A stretch of 64,000 nucleotides of DNA, from positions 224,001-288,000 of the forward strand of contig CAXXLF010000001.1 of the NCBI GenBank assembly GCA_963664015.2. The letters are read 5' to 3'. The DNA is from Candidatus Binatia bacterium (lineage in GTDB: Bacteria; Desulfobacterota; Binatia; UBA9968; CAXXLF01). The position numbers were made by a program, and so were the translations under genes. A model generated the notes under the pieces. The model was not told where the DNA came from. It did no database searches and saw only the letters and a list, made by a program, of their open reading frames with translations. Below, piece by piece: positions 1 to 10,525 of the stretch (the stretch's first letter is position 1; every line of letters begins with the position of its first letter).

Positions 1-124
1 AAAAGGGTGATTTTGAGAAAGGGCAGTCGACTGAGGCTTTTTAATTTACTTTTCCAATCGAACATCTGGCAATCCAACTACAACTTGAACTTACCACTTC
101 CCCCTAGAGGAGTCAAAAAATGAG

Positions 125-157
125 AAAAGGGACCAGATCACTTCAATCCGGTCCCTT
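125..157 (-). terminator. Intrinsic terminator downstream of the DegP-like gene
   Basis: Hairpin AAGGGACCGGAT/ATCTGGTCCCTT on the minus strand followed by a short T run. Confidence 0.6.
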
Positions 158-194
158 AAATCACTGAGAATCAAAAGTTTTCACCTAACGTGAA

Positions 195-1688
195 TCAAGG
201 ACTTTTAAGGGCAAGGAAGAGCGTGGTGTCGCCACGCCGGAGCCAAAAAAGGACACCTTTTCCCTTTTTCATTCTGCCTATCGATTTCTCGTAATCGGCC
301 AGGTTACGGACCGCCCGACGATCGATCTCCAATATGACATCACGGCGGCGGAGTCCTGCCCCATTGGCCGGGCTCCCGGGTTCAACCATGGTGATAACCA
401 CTCCCTCGGCACGATCCAGTCCCAGGCTTTCTGCGATCTGTGGGGTAACTCTCTGAACAGTCAAGCCCAGCTCCCCTTTTTCCGTGACCGATGCAAAGAC
501 CTCTTTTTCCTTCAACTCCCCAATGCTCACCTTGAGCTTGACCTCTTCCCCCTCGCGTAGGACTTTTACCGTTACCTCTTTTCCAACGGGAGCCCGAGCA
601 ACGATGATCGGCAGGTCATTGGATTCGCGAACCTCTTGGCCATCGAACTCAATGATAACATCGCCCACCTTCACTCCAGCCAACTCTGCGGGTCCCGCTT
701 TGAACACATCTGCGACCAGTGCGCCCCTACCCTTTCCCATACCAAGGGATTCGGCAATCGCAGGAGTTACGGCTTGGATAACGACCCCCAACCATCCCCG
801 GGTCACCTTCCCCTTGGATTTCAATTGGGGCAATAGTTCCTTAACCAGATTGATAGGGATGGCAAACCCTATCCCAATATTTCCTCCCCCCCGGCTAAAA
901 ATGGCCGTATTGAGCCCGACTACCTCGCCCTTAAGGTTAATCAGGGGACCGCCCGAGTTGCCTGGATTGATCGAGGCGTCGGTCTGTATAAAATTGTCGT
1001 AAGGGCCGGCACCGATGTTTCGTCCCTTCGCACTGACAATTCCGGCTGTCACACTGTGCTCCAGCCCAAAAGGATTACCTATAGCTAAAACCCACTCGCC
1101 AACTTCTAGGGCCGTCGAGTCCCCCATAAGAACAATCGGAAGTTCCCTTTTGGCATCGACCTTGATAACCGCAATGTCTGTTTTCGCATCCCGCCCGACG
1201 ATCTTGGCCTCCAATTCGACCTCATCGGATAATCTGACAATAATTTTATCAGCATCCTCAACCACATGGTTATTGGTAAGAATGTACCCTTCGTGATCCA
1301 CAATGAATCCGGAACCCAGGCTCTTTTGACGGAACTGTCCCTCCGGGAATTGGTCCCCGAAAAACCGCCTCCAGAACTCACTGCGGGGATCTTCCTCCCC
1401 GAAGGGATTAGGACCGGGCTGGCCGCCACCTCCACCAACCTGAGTGGTCGATATATTAACAACCGCGGGGGTGAGCTGTTTCGACAGATTAACGAAATCA
1501 GGCAGGCCCTGCGGATTCTTGGACCCAGCCTGCACAACCGGTACCCCGGTGGACAGGGAGACAAGCGGTCCCCACCCGGGCCGCCAGTCTTGCGCGAACA
1601 TCATTATTCCTGTCAACAAGAAACCGCCAGTTAAGATAATGATGCGCTGGATATGGCGTGATCCGCCTCGCAGGGTCATATATTTCAT
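195..1688 (-). CDS. HtrA/DegP (Do) family periplasmic serine endopeptidase, two PDZ domains
   Basis: TNNHV, DIAVIK and TDASINPGNSGGPL catalytic-triad motifs, N-terminal hydrophobic segment, two PDZ-like repeats. Confidence 0.95.
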   Translation of the reverse strand: MKYMTLRGGSRHIQRIIILTGGFLLTGIMMFAQDWRPGWGPLVSLSTGVPVVQAGSKNPQGLPDFVNLSKQLTPAVVNISTTQVGGGGGQPGPNPFGEEDPRSEFWRRFFGDQFPEGQFRQKSLGSGFIVDHEGYILTNNHVVEDADKIIVRLSDEVELEAKIVGRDAKTDIAVIKVDAKRELPIVLMGDSTALEVGEWVLAIGNPFGLEHSVTAGIVSAKGRNIGAGPYDNFIQTDASINPGNSGGPLINLKGEVVGLNTAIFSRGGGNIGIGFAIPINLVKELLPQLKSKGKVTRGWLGVVIQAVTPAIAESLGMGKGRGALVADVFKAGPAELAGVKVGDVIIEFDGQEVRESNDLPIIVARAPVGKEVTVKVLREGEEVKLKVSIGELKEKEVFASVTEKGELGLTVQRVTPQIAESLGLDRAEGVVITMVEPGSPANGAGLRRRDVILEIDRRAVRNLADYEKSIGRMKKGKGVLFWLRRGDTTLFLALKSP

Positions 1689-1697
1689 GAAGCTCTC

Positions 1698-2135
1698 CTA
1701 TTTATTCCGTACGGCTTCAACGTATTTCATACGTAATTCGAAAAGAATCTCTTCCATGAGTTTGTCCTCTTCGGGATCTAGGTTTCCCCGCGTCTTATCA
1801 CGCAAGAGGTTGATAATATCTATGGTTTGTTTGGCTATCTTAACTTCCTTTTCAATTTGGCCAGTCAATGGATTGGGGATTTCTCCCAATTGCATCAAGA
1901 CCTGGGTACTCAAACTAATAATGAAAGTTGGGAAATTGATGGCTGGCGGCACCTCGTCGGACTCGGGCGCTCTGTAGGCCTCCGGTTGCTGTGCCGTTGC
2001 CTGATCGGCGCCCGGTGGGGGAGATTGCCCCTCCGACGGCTCCGAGGGCTCCGAGGGCTCACCGGTATCCCCAGAAAATCGGCGCCGATCTTGAACCTTG
2101 AAACCCTTACCCTCTTGTTCCATATCGTCCGCCAT
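1698..2135 (-). CDS. DUF1844 domain protein
   Basis: F..FIISL...LMQLG..PNP.TG...AKQTID....L..KTRGNL..EE pattern. Confidence 0.8.
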   Translation of the reverse strand: MADDMEQEGKGFKVQDRRRFSGDTGEPSEPSEPSEGQSPPPGADQATAQQPEAYRAPESDEVPPAINFPTFIISLSTQVLMQLGEIPNPLTGQIEKEVKIAKQTIDIINLLRDKTRGNLDPEEDKLMEEILFELRMKYVEAVRNK

Positions 2136-2264
2136 AAAGCCTCCGTATGAAAGACCGCAAAAATCTTCCGAACGTTAAGTAAGTCTAGGGATTTGACGCT
2201 TACGCACGTAGGTGAGATTGAGTCGCCAAGTGTGCTGAATCGATTGCACCTCCCGCAATTAACT

Positions 2265-3332
2265 TTAAGACCACCTTTTTTCCTTGTCAAGGATACTGTG
2301 CTGATCAACGACCTGTTCCAACAACCCAACGACCTGGTCGGGGACCAGTTCCTGCAGGCAAATACGGCCCTGACAAATCCGCGCTCGGGAAAGACCGCAC
2401 GGAGAACAACCTACCCCCCTCCTCAAAATCGAGACATTTATTCCCCGCGGCGCCCATTGAACAGGATCCGTCGGTCCGAAGATAGCTACCGTTGAAACCC
2501 CCACCGCGGCCGCTAGATGAGTCGCGCCGCTATCATTTCCCAAGTAAAGATCGCAGCGGCTCTGCAAGACGGCCAGCTGTCCAAGACTCATCTCTCGGAC
2601 ACAGATCGCTTCTTTCCAGATAGGGTCGCTCCCCATTTTTTCATCTTCCACCGGACCACGCAGAACCAGCGTCTCCCCACGGGTTGTGGACCGCCACCAC
2701 TGTGACACGTTGCCATAAAAAAACGGGGGCCAGTTTTTAGCCTGTGAGCCACTGCCCGGGGCAAGGGCGAGCACCCTCTTCCCGGCAAGTCCGTTTTCTT
2801 GCCAATACCGATCACACCACTTTTGCGCATCCCCCTGTAGGAAAATGTTGGGCAATGGCGCAAGCCTATCCTCATTGAGCAGGCTCGACAAGTAATAGTC
2901 GGCCATGTGAACCCGGGTTCCCGGCGGCCGAAACGGCAGTATGTGAAGATCACCCAAATAATGAGTTCTTAGGCTATTTACAAAATCCGATTGATGAGCT
3001 CCCATCCACGAGTAAATGCAATCAAAGGAACAAAGATATTCCCGCATTGCTGGCCCCATGGCCTGCGGCCCTGCAAACAAACAGCCGATGGGGTGGCAGT
3101 CCAGAGAACGAACGGTCATGGCGGGTTCCCTGGGAAACAATAACTCAGCGTATTCGGCCCGCGCCGCCAACTCAAAATGTACCTGGGGTTCCCTCTCTAC
3201 AATTGTTCTTAGAGTGGGGAGAAAGCAGAGGAAATCACCCAGGGCTCCGGGGAAAACAATAAGCCCCTTCTTCTCAACCTGGGAGTCTGACCGGAGTGGT
3301 GAGGCTATGAGATCCTTCAATTGACTTTCCAC
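2265..3332 (-). CDS. Glycosyltransferase family 9 (heptosyltransferase-like)
   Basis: GALGD, PGSGS..KNWP, GNDSGATHLAAA.G..TVAIFGPT motifs. Confidence 0.9.
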   Translation of the reverse strand: MESQLKDLIASPLRSDSQVEKKGLIVFPGALGDFLCFLPTLRTIVEREPQVHFELAARAEYAELLFPREPAMTVRSLDCHPIGCLFAGPQAMGPAMREYLCSFDCIYSWMGAHQSDFVNSLRTHYLGDLHILPFRPPGTRVHMADYYLSSLLNEDRLAPLPNIFLQGDAQKWCDRYWQENGLAGKRVLALAPGSGSQAKNWPPFFYGNVSQWWRSTTRGETLVLRGPVEDEKMGSDPIWKEAICVREMSLGQLAVLQSRCDLYLGNDSGATHLAAAVGVSTVAIFGPTDPVQWAPRGINVSILRRGVGCSPCGLSRARICQGRICLQELVPDQVVGLLEQVVDQHSILDKEKRWS

Positions 3333-3403
3333 AATGGAATATATAGCATAGCGTTGATTTTAGATAGCTTAACCTACCCCATAAATTTCATGCAAGACGA
3401 CCC

Positions 3404-4351
3404 ATGGCAGATTTAAACGGCGCCCGCTCCATACTGGATCTTATTGGATCAACGCCGGTAGTCAAATTGAGACACATTCCGGGCAAGCAAGACGCCGAGG
3501 TGTGGGGCAAACTGGAATCCCGAAATCCCGGTGGATCGGTCAAGGATCGAATATGCCTCAGCATGATTGAGGTTGCAGAGCACCAAGGGGACCTAAAGCC
3601 TGGTGGAACCATTGTAGAACCTACAAGTGGAAACACCGGCATTGGCCTTGCCCTGGTAACCGCGGTCAAGGGATATAGACTGATACTAACCATGCCGGAC
3701 ACTATGAGTGAGGAGCGCCGTAGCCTCCTCACTGCCTACGGGGCCAAGTTGATTCTAACACCGGACACCAAAGGGATGGGGGGAGCCATCCAAAAGGCGG
3801 AGCAACTCGTCCTCGAGCACCCCGATTACTTCATGCCGCAGCAATTTAATAACCCGGCAAACCCGGAGGTCCACCGCCGGACCACCGCCATTGAACTTCT
3901 CAGCCAGTTCAAGCGAATCGACGCGTTCATTTCTGCCGTAGGAACAGGAGGCACCATTACCGGGGTTGGAGAAGTTCTTAAGGACCGAATGCCGGGAATT
4001 AAAATCTATGCGGTAGAACCCGCAGCATCACCGGTTCTTTCCGGAGGGGAGGCAGGCTTCCATGGCATTCAAGGTATCGGGGCTGGATTCGTACCAAAAG
4101 TCCTAAATATCCGGATATATGACGAGGTGGTTACAGTATCCGACGAGGATGCAGCCCTTTGCGCCCGCCGTCTCACCCTGGAAGAAGGGATCTTTGTTGG
4201 AATTTCCTCTGGCGCTGCATGCCATGCTGCCCTACAGGTGGCCAAAACACTGGGACAAGGTGCCACTGTCGTCACTATATTTTGCGACACCGGGGAACGG
4301 TATCTCAGCACCAAGACCTTCGGAAGCCCACCGGTAACAGGTTCCAACTAA
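3404..4351 (+). CDS. cysK: Cysteine synthase A
   Basis: [14 protein letters not shown] (PLP lysine), [26 protein letters not shown]. Confidence 0.95.
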   Translation: MADLNGARSILDLIGSTPVVKLRHIPGKQDAEVWGKLESRNPGGSVKDRICLSMIEVAEHQGDLKPGGTIVEPTSGNTGIGLALVTAVKGYRLILTMPDTMSEERRSLLTAYGAKLILTPDTKGMGGAIQKAEQLVLEHPDYFMPQQFNNPANPEVHRRTTAIELLSQFKRIDAFISAVGTGGTITGVGEVLKDRMPGIKIYAVEPAASPVLSGGEAGFHGIQGIGAGFVPKVLNIRIYDEVVTVSDEDAALCARRLTLEEGIFVGISSGAACHAALQVAKTLGQGATVVTIFCDTGERYLSTKTFGSPPVTGSN

Positions 4352-4370
4352 TCTAGAAGTATTTTCGAAC

Positions 4371-4619
4371 GTGCAAAACTCTTCCTATCCAATGAATATG
4401 GGCGCCCCATCGACGATTGCCTCCTCCGAACACTTCCTCAAAGGGCTTGGTTTGACTCAATGCCACGTCGGCATCCATGATGAACTCGTTAGGATCTGTA
4501 CTTCGGCCACTGAAATGAACCGTCTCATTGACCACTCCATAAGGGAAACCATTGTTCAAGGATTTAAAGAACTTGGTTTTAACTATGTGAGTTTGGATCT
4601 CGAGGAACAGTCACCGTAA
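4371..4619 (+). pseudogene. C-terminal remnant of a LarE/TIGR00268-type ATP-dependent sulfur transferase
   Basis: EHFLKGLG..Q..V..H.ELVRI...IRETIVQGFKELGFNYVSLDLE resembles the LarE C-terminus; the N-terminal PP-loop domain is absent. Confidence 0.6.
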
Positions 4620-4664
4620 TTAGGAGCATGCGTTGATCACTTCACCGGGCAACGAGTGCTGTCT

Positions 4665-5366
4665 TTACCTTGGGATCTTGCCAGAACTTAAAAGCATTTC
4701 GGCGAAGATAAGATCTTGCGGGTAGGTCACTTTAAGATTCGTCCTCTTCCCTTCCAATACGTTTACAACCTTTCCTAGTTGTTCCACCAGCATAGCGTCG
4801 TCGGTTGCCTCGACCCGCTTTAGGCTTCCTTCTAAATGAGCCTCTCGAATTATCTTGGTGGGAAACACCTGAGGGGTTTGAATACTCCACAAGCTATCCC
4901 TTGACGGAGTTTCAAGAATTCGTTTATCGGCAGAGACCACTTTGATCGTATCTTGGACTCGAACCCCCGTTACCACGCATTTTCCTTGCAACGCCTCATC
5001 GACACATCGATCGATCAGATCAGGAGAAACAAACGGGCGCGCCCCATCGTGGATAACCACCACATCACAATCATTATCCAATCGCTCCAACCCGAGGGCC
5101 ACAGAGTCTTGGCGCCTAACACCTCCCGCACAAACCTGGCAATCCAGTTCGCCCGAACTCCGATCGGAGCCAACAATTTCCTCACACCGCTCAACCTCGT
5201 CGGCAGCCGCGACAATGACAACTCGCCTCACACTCCGACTTGCGGCAAAACGGGCCAGAGTATGAAGAATCATTGGACGCCCGCCAAGAAGCAAGAATGG
5301 TTTCGGTATAGGTTGACCGATCCTTTTACCGTCTCCGGCGGCGACGATAAGCCCATTGACCTGCAT
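4665..5366 (-). CDS. ispD: 2-C-methyl-D-erythritol 4-phosphate cytidylyltransferase
   Basis: AAGDGKR, RQDSV, HDGARPF, QTPQVF, TDDA, NLKVTYPQD; follows carD. Confidence 0.95.
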   Translation of the reverse strand: MQVNGLIVAAGDGKRIGQPIPKPFLLLGGRPMILHTLARFAASRSVRRVVIVAAADEVERCEEIVGSDRSSGELDCQVCAGGVRRQDSVALGLERLDNDCDVVVIHDGARPFVSPDLIDRCVDEALQGKCVVTGVRVQDTIKVVSADKRILETPSRDSLWSIQTPQVFPTKIIREAHLEGSLKRVEATDDAMLVEQLGKVVNVLEGKRTNLKVTYPQDLIFAEMLLSSGKIPR

Positions 5367-5382
5367 AAGAGAACTATGCCCA

Positions 5383-5421
5383 TAAAAAAGGCCAAAAGAT
5401 CAAGTCATTCGGCCTTTTTTA
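5383..5421. terminator. Bidirectional-looking intrinsic terminator between carD and ispD
   Basis: TAAAAAAGGCC...GGCCTTTTTTA inverted repeat with A/T tails. Confidence 0.55.
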
Positions 5422-5453
5422 TAAAGTAAGATATAAGGTTTTTATTTATTGGT

Positions 5454-5936
5454 TTAGGAGGTAAAGATATGCCGCAATTCCTCCATAATTCTCTTCTCAG
5501 GATGAGAGCGAGCTATGGAAAGTTCTTTAACCAGAAGGTTTTGTGCCGTATCGAGCACTTTCCGTTCACCGAAGGAAAGTTCCTTATCCCCCTTGAGGAG
5601 AAAAAGATCGCGCAATACCGTTGCAATTTCCAGCACTGACCCGGTCTTAATTTTTTCTGTGTATTCGCGGTAGCGGCGATTCCAGGTCTGCTGGTCAGTT
5701 TCCACTTTCTTTTGCCGTAACACCTTATATACACGGGATACCATTTGCTTATCGATAACCCTTCTCAACCCCACTGTCTGTACATTATCCACTGGAATCA
5801 TGATCTTCATGCCCGTATCCAGGATACGTAACATATAAAATTGTTTTTCTAATCCGGAAACAACCTGCTTACGAACATCCTCAATCACCCCGACCCCATG
5901 AGCGGGATAAACCACCTTATCTCCTACCTTAAACAT
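5454..5936 (-). CDS. carD: CarD/CdnL family RNA polymerase-binding regulator
   Basis: FKVGDKVVYPAHGVG, WNRRYRE, LSFGERK. Confidence 0.95.
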   Translation of the reverse strand: MFKVGDKVVYPAHGVGVIEDVRKQVVSGLEKQFYMLRILDTGMKIMIPVDNVQTVGLRRVIDKQMVSRVYKVLRQKKVETDQQTWNRRYREYTEKIKTGSVLEIATVLRDLFLLKGDKELSFGERKVLDTAQNLLVKELSIARSHPEKRIMEELRHIFTS

Positions 5937-6193
5937 GTTACCCTCCTTTTAATCGGTTAGTACCAGCCCAGTGGGACTCAAACATTGGGCCAGCAAAACA
6001 AGACTCAAAACCGCAAAAGCGGAAAACGGCGGAGAGTAGTGTGATTGGGGGAAAAAAAGTTGAGACTTTAAAAAAGATTCGATTCGTCAGGCGGGCAAAA
6101 TGTATTCCTTGCAATGTCAAACTCCGTCCTGCCGTAAACACGTGAGCCAAAACCAAATCGACCGGTTAAACTGGCCACATAAAACCAACTCCG

Positions 6194-6222
6194 TTTATAC
6201 TATTTGAACCTAGCGCAGTCAA
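6194..6222 (-). promoter_or_regulatory. Putative sigma70 promoter for carD
   Basis: TTGACT-17 nt-TATAAA on the minus strand, about 250 nt upstream of the carD start. Confidence 0.5.
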
Positions 6223-6316
6223 GAGCTCGATACTTGCAAATAAAAACACTTTGCATTTCATTAGGTTAAAGAGATTATATAAACAAGTAGATCAACTATC
6301 TACAAAAATATAAAAC

Positions 6317-6835
6317 CTACCCCTTATTTGACGCCAACTCTAGGACCATAATGATCGCATCCTCACCATCGTTCGAATAGTATCCCCTCCGGAGCCCTTT
6401 GGGCTGAAAACCAAGGGACTCATAGAGTCTTTGCGCAATCCGATTGGATTGCCGGACTTCCAACGTCACTCGATTCAACTGTCGCTCTCTCGCATGATCG
6501 ATGGTTGCAGTCAATAGACCCTGGCCGATACCCCTTCGGCGAAAATCAGGATTCACGGCAAGGTTGTGAATATCTACATCGGTCGGAAGTTGCCAATAAA
6601 CTATATAAGCAATGACCCGTCCATCAATCTCAGCCAGAATGGATTTGGAATAGGAAACACGGATTTCCTCAAGAAAGAAACGTGCGCTCCAAGGACTGGT
6701 AAAAGAAGCCCGTTCAATGACCATGATTTGGTCAATGTCCGACGGAGACATCGCCCTTAAGTGAACGCGGTCCTTCAGAACGTTAAAATTAGGAGCCCCT
6801 ACCTTCTCTTGGATTTTTTCCCTTGGGCCTTCCAT
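6317..6835 (-). CDS. rimI: Ribosomal-protein-alanine N-acetyltransferase
   Basis: IERASF..PWS, NLAV.P..RRRGIG, LEVR.SN..A..LY, RRGYY...GEDAIIM. Confidence 0.9.
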   Translation of the reverse strand: MEGPREKIQEKVGAPNFNVLKDRVHLRAMSPSDIDQIMVIERASFTSPWSARFFLEEIRVSYSKSILAEIDGRVIAYIVYWQLPTDVDIHNLAVNPDFRRRGIGQGLLTATIDHARERQLNRVTLEVRQSNRIAQRLYESLGFQPKGLRRGYYSNDGEDAIIMVLELASNKG

Positions 6836-6847
6836 TCCGATTCAGCT

Positions 6848-7873
6848 CTAAGTTGTCGCGGTACTTACACTTTTTCCCTTCAACAAAAGCACCTCTAGGA
6901 GTTTATCTTCATATCGGTGGGAAAAACTCTCAACCTTTTCCTTAAGAGGGATAACCGTGGTAAAACCCGGCGGGAAGGCCCCTACATTGCCCGTTAATTT
7001 TTTGACCTTCTCGTCAACGCAGCGTCCTTTAATAACAAAGTGGCCGTCTCTCAGAACCAATTCGTAAGCGTAATCGGGCATCTCCTCGGAAAGCTCCTCA
7101 CTACCGGGAAGACCAATATCAGGAGTCTTCCGTGGAAATTCCATTCGCAGGTGATAGGCCTCTCCTAGATCCTCTATGGTATAAGCTTGCCCGTAACGCC
7201 GCTCGCGCTCCAGCTTCTCGACAAATCCCTTGCCATAAAAACCTTCGACCGGCACTGGCAATCGGCGGAGCAAGCCGCTGTAGCGAGACATGATTCCCCT
7301 GATCGGGCCCACCATCGGTCCTCCATAAAACGCCCCTCGCAGAACCAGGTCCTCCTCCGGTCGCATCTGAAAAACCCCTTCCTTTAAACGATATAAACCT
7401 TCAACCAGCGCAAAGAAGAAACCCAACAAGATAAAGCTATTGAGGCTCTGGCTGAAAAGGACATCAATCCCTTTGACCGCAACGGCCAAAAGCATGAACA
7501 CTATGGGGTATGCAATAAAATTAAAAAGAATATTCAGCCCTGTCGAAACCGCTGCGCTAAAAAACATCTTGTTTTCAATCCGTGCCTCCAATTCGTCTTT
7601 GAGTTGGTGCGGGAGCGCTCCAAAAATAGGCTGTTGCAAAAAAACTAAGAGCAAAAAGCCCAGCTGGTTACGTTTGGCGATTTGTCCCAGCACTTCGTGA
7701 AAGCTAAGAGATAATTCCCCGGGGAACTGAGTTGGGGCTTGTGGTACTGGGCTTGGCTGTGACCCCGGTGCTTCCGATGTCGCCGCTATCTCCGTGTCTG
7801 CACTGTCCGCCTGAACCACGGGAGCCGATTTCTCTTCTGAGACTTCATCACCCTTGTTTTCGGTTTCCTCCAT
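6848..7873 (-). CDS. Hypothetical membrane protein with a possible C-terminal Hsp20/alpha-crystallin-like domain
   Basis: 341-aa ORF with RBS, acidic disordered N-terminus, 2-3 hydrophobic helices, beta-rich C-terminus. Confidence 0.65.
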   Translation of the reverse strand: MEETENKGDEVSEEKSAPVVQADSADTEIAATSEAPGSQPSPVPQAPTQFPGELSLSFHEVLGQIAKRNQLGFLLLVFLQQPIFGALPHQLKDELEARIENKMFFSAAVSTGLNILFNFIAYPIVFMLLAVAVKGIDVLFSQSLNSFILLGFFFALVEGLYRLKEGVFQMRPEEDLVLRGAFYGGPMVGPIRGIMSRYSGLLRRLPVPVEGFYGKGFVEKLERERRYGQAYTIEDLGEAYHLRMEFPRKTPDIGLPGSEELSEEMPDYAYELVLRDGHFVIKGRCVDEKVKKLTGNVGAFPPGFTTVIPLKEKVESFSHRYEDKLLEVLLLKGKSVSTATT

Positions 7874-8023
7874 AATCCCTTCGTTTCCCCTGTCGTAGAT
7901 TTGTTAGTAACTACTTCCTCAACCTAAGTAAGTAAAGTAATAAGTTACTTTTCCTGCTGCTCTTGTCAATGCTTGATTACCGCGTTGAAACTCCGACAAT
8001 CCATATGTTAAGGTGGACTTTGG

Positions 8024-8099
8024 GGCGGCGTACCCAAGTGGTTAAGGGAGAGGTCTGCAAAACCTCGATGCGGCGGTTCGAATCCGCCCGCCGCCTCCA
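8024..8099 (+). tRNA. tRNA-Cys(GCA)
   Basis: GGCGGCG/CGCCGCC acceptor stem, GAGGT-CTGCAAA-ACCTC anticodon arm, GGTTCGAATCC T-loop, encoded CCA. Confidence 0.97.
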
Positions 8100-8192
8100 A
8101 CAGAAACCTCCTTGTCTAAACAGTTCCCATTCCTTCCCCAGCCAACTCTCAACGGCGGGCCCCCACTCCAATTGTCAACCGTGGAGCTTCTT

Positions 8193-8837
8193 TCAAGGTC
8201 TCTGATTGGCGGCAGAGCCTAGTTTGTAGCCTTCCCGGGCTGTCATTCTTTCCACATAGTCCCTAAGGACATCGCCCAGTTGAAGTTTATGCCTGAACCC
8301 TGACAATAGGCACGTGGTCAGGAGAAGATCCGCACATGTGAAGGTATCACCGAGGATATAAGGCCCTCCATGGGTCAACTGGAGGTGGGCCACGTGGGCC
8401 TGTTTTTCAAACCCTTCAAAGGCTGCGCGAACCGCATTGGGAGCTTCTCCATAGATCTCTTTTAGGGCAACATGTTTGCGCACGATGTACGTGGTGTGCG
8501 CATCTAACTCCGTCATAGCAAAAAAACACCACTCGTAGTATTTGGCACGCTCACGGGTTCCCATGGGAGGCACCAGTCCCTGGGCCGCTCCATAGGATTC
8601 GCCCAGATAGGTAACAATGGCGGCGCTTTCGGCCAAGGTTAGATCACCGTCTTGCAAAACGGGTATCTTCTCCCTTGGATTGAGCTTCGTAAACTCCGGA
8701 TCTTGGGTCTCCCCAGTTCGAGAACCAATGGGACGTTTCTCATATTCTAGCCCCAACTCGTGAAGCATCCAGTGCCCTCTGAGCGTACGTGGCGTACCTG
8801 ACCCCCATAAAATACGACGGGTCTTTTCGCTAGTCAT
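8193..8837 (-). CDS. Glutathione S-transferase family protein
   Basis: W.L.ELGL.YE, LNP..KIPVL.DG.L.L.ES.AI..YL, GD.FT.ADL. Confidence 0.9.
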   Translation of the reverse strand: MTSEKTRRILWGSGTPRTLRGHWMLHELGLEYEKRPIGSRTGETQDPEFTKLNPREKIPVLQDGDLTLAESAAIVTYLGESYGAAQGLVPPMGTRERAKYYEWCFFAMTELDAHTTYIVRKHVALKEIYGEAPNAVRAAFEGFEKQAHVAHLQLTHGGPYILGDTFTCADLLLTTCLLSGFRHKLQLGDVLRDYVERMTAREGYKLGSAANQRP

Positions 8838-9258
8838 TATTTTCCCACCTTACTTGCGCGCCAGCTCGAAACAGAAGGCTGCGCCCAGTTCCCACATTTA
8901 AAGTAACCGAATTATACCGCTAAGATCAAACAAAACCTTTTCTATCTAGCCGAGAGCTTGACTCCTCGAATGCATCCGAGTTGCCAACCAGAAGTGTTGC
9001 CGCGCCGAATGCAACGCATTGTTTTTACGCATTTAATTTGATCAGTTTTAAATTTACCGCCCGTAGGGCCAGGGTCACTCAACTTTTTCCCCAACTGGCC
9101 CTCCCAGGCCCATTGAGCCCCCCCCCACTTGCAATTTATTTAAGGGAAAGCTAAAACTCCTTGCCTAAACAAGCCCCTACCTATTACGAAAAGTTTGCAA
9201 TGAATACTTCGGCTCAAACGGGTTCAATACTAGAAACGAATTAGGGGAGGAGGACTCT

Positions 9259-9627
9259 ATGGAGAGAGAAGAAACCTATGAACGTTTGCTGCAGGCTCTT
9301 CTCGACATGAAGAATGAGATCCAAACAAGGATTCGCCCCTTGGAGGATCAAATCGTTCAGGCCAATGTCGAGTATCTAAAGGAAGTCTTCGAGCATCAAA
9401 ACAACTTGCTGGGGGAATGCCTCAACGCCATTGACCAAAAGATTATTGACTGCCGAAGTCACATAGAAGACTACAAGAGAATCTATGCTGACCTCAGCAC
9501 TCTCAACGATCGACTTGCCCGTTTGGGAGCCGAGGCCCCGGCAATCTCAAACTCACTGCCCAGCACGGATATTGGAGACATTGTCCGGCAGCGGATTGAG
9601 CAGTTAAAATTCCAGGGAAGACTTTAG
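9259..9627 (+). CDS. Hypothetical coiled-coil protein
   Basis: Strong RBS (GGAGGA), helical heptad-like composition, no recognised motif. Confidence 0.65.
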   Translation: MEREETYERLLQALLDMKNEIQTRIRPLEDQIVQANVEYLKEVFEHQNNLLGECLNAIDQKIIDCRSHIEDYKRIYADLSTLNDRLARLGAEAPAISNSLPSTDIGDIVRQRIEQLKFQGRL

Positions 9628-9774
9628 TCTACGCTTGAGTGCTACCGGCGAGTTGTAGGATATCCTCTCTCTGATCTGACCGAAATCTTGTTCAGCCGAG
9701 TTTGCAATCCTGCTGTTTTCGGGGCTTAATACGGGTCGACCGACGATCCGAGAGTGCACCCGTCAATTCCAATC

Positions 9775-10500
9775 TCAACGGTTATAGACTCGCAGTTTAA
9801 CTGACGACTGGGGTAGTCGATTCAAATGGACAAGCGGCCCCCGGGTGATTTCGATAAGTGGCCGAGGGGCGCCTGGTGAACCCTGACGGGTTGGGGAATC
9901 CGGCCTTTCAGAGCTCCTCCCGACAAACCTACCCGCTAAGTGCAAGACGCGCCCCAAATCCCTCGCTTGCCGACCAAGGGCCAAAACCGATGCGGATGTC
10001 AGCAGAACCTGCCCTGGTCGATAGCGATTGATCACTTTTTTGATATAACTTTGTGTTTCCCGATAGGGTGGAATGCCGCTGTACCTCCGGATAACATTCT
10101 CGCCTGCATTATAGGCGGCCAGGACATGAAGAAGATTATCAAATCGAATAAGCAGATCCCGTAAATAACGCACCCCTCCTGATACATTTTCTCCTGCGTT
10201 AAACGGATTAGACACCCCATAGCGTGCCGCCGTCCCCGGCATCAGTTGCATCAGTCCCAATGCCCCCTTGGGTGACATGGCCAAGGGAGCAAAATTCGAT
10301 TCTACGGAGATGACCGCTTCCACCAGGTCGGGATCCACGCCGTAACGTGACGCCGTAGCTACGATTATGCCGCGAAGGGCACCCTCCTCCGTGAGTTGAA
10401 GGGAATTTCCCGACGCTACCTCCTCAGCAGCCAGTCGGGGGCCCTGCCCAAAGAATAGTGCGCTCAAGACGACCAAAGAGATCAAGCACGTCCTCGCCAT
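9775..10500 (-). CDS. Lytic transglycosylase (SLT domain) with signal peptide
   Basis: AVISVESNF, SPKGALGLMQLMP, AAYNAGE, IPPYRETQ.Y; start placed at MARTCL. Confidence 0.9.
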   Translation of the reverse strand: MARTCLISLVVLSALFFGQGPRLAAEEVASGNSLQLTEEGALRGIIVATASRYGVDPDLVEAVISVESNFAPLAMSPKGALGLMQLMPGTAARYGVSNPFNAGENVSGGVRYLRDLLIRFDNLLHVLAAYNAGENVIRRYSGIPPYRETQSYIKKVINRYRPGQVLLTSASVLALGRQARDLGRVLHLAGRFVGRSSERPDSPTRQGSPGAPRPLIEITRGPLVHLNRLPQSSVKLRVYNR

Positions 10501-10525
10501 AAACAGCCTCACTTTAAAAACATGT

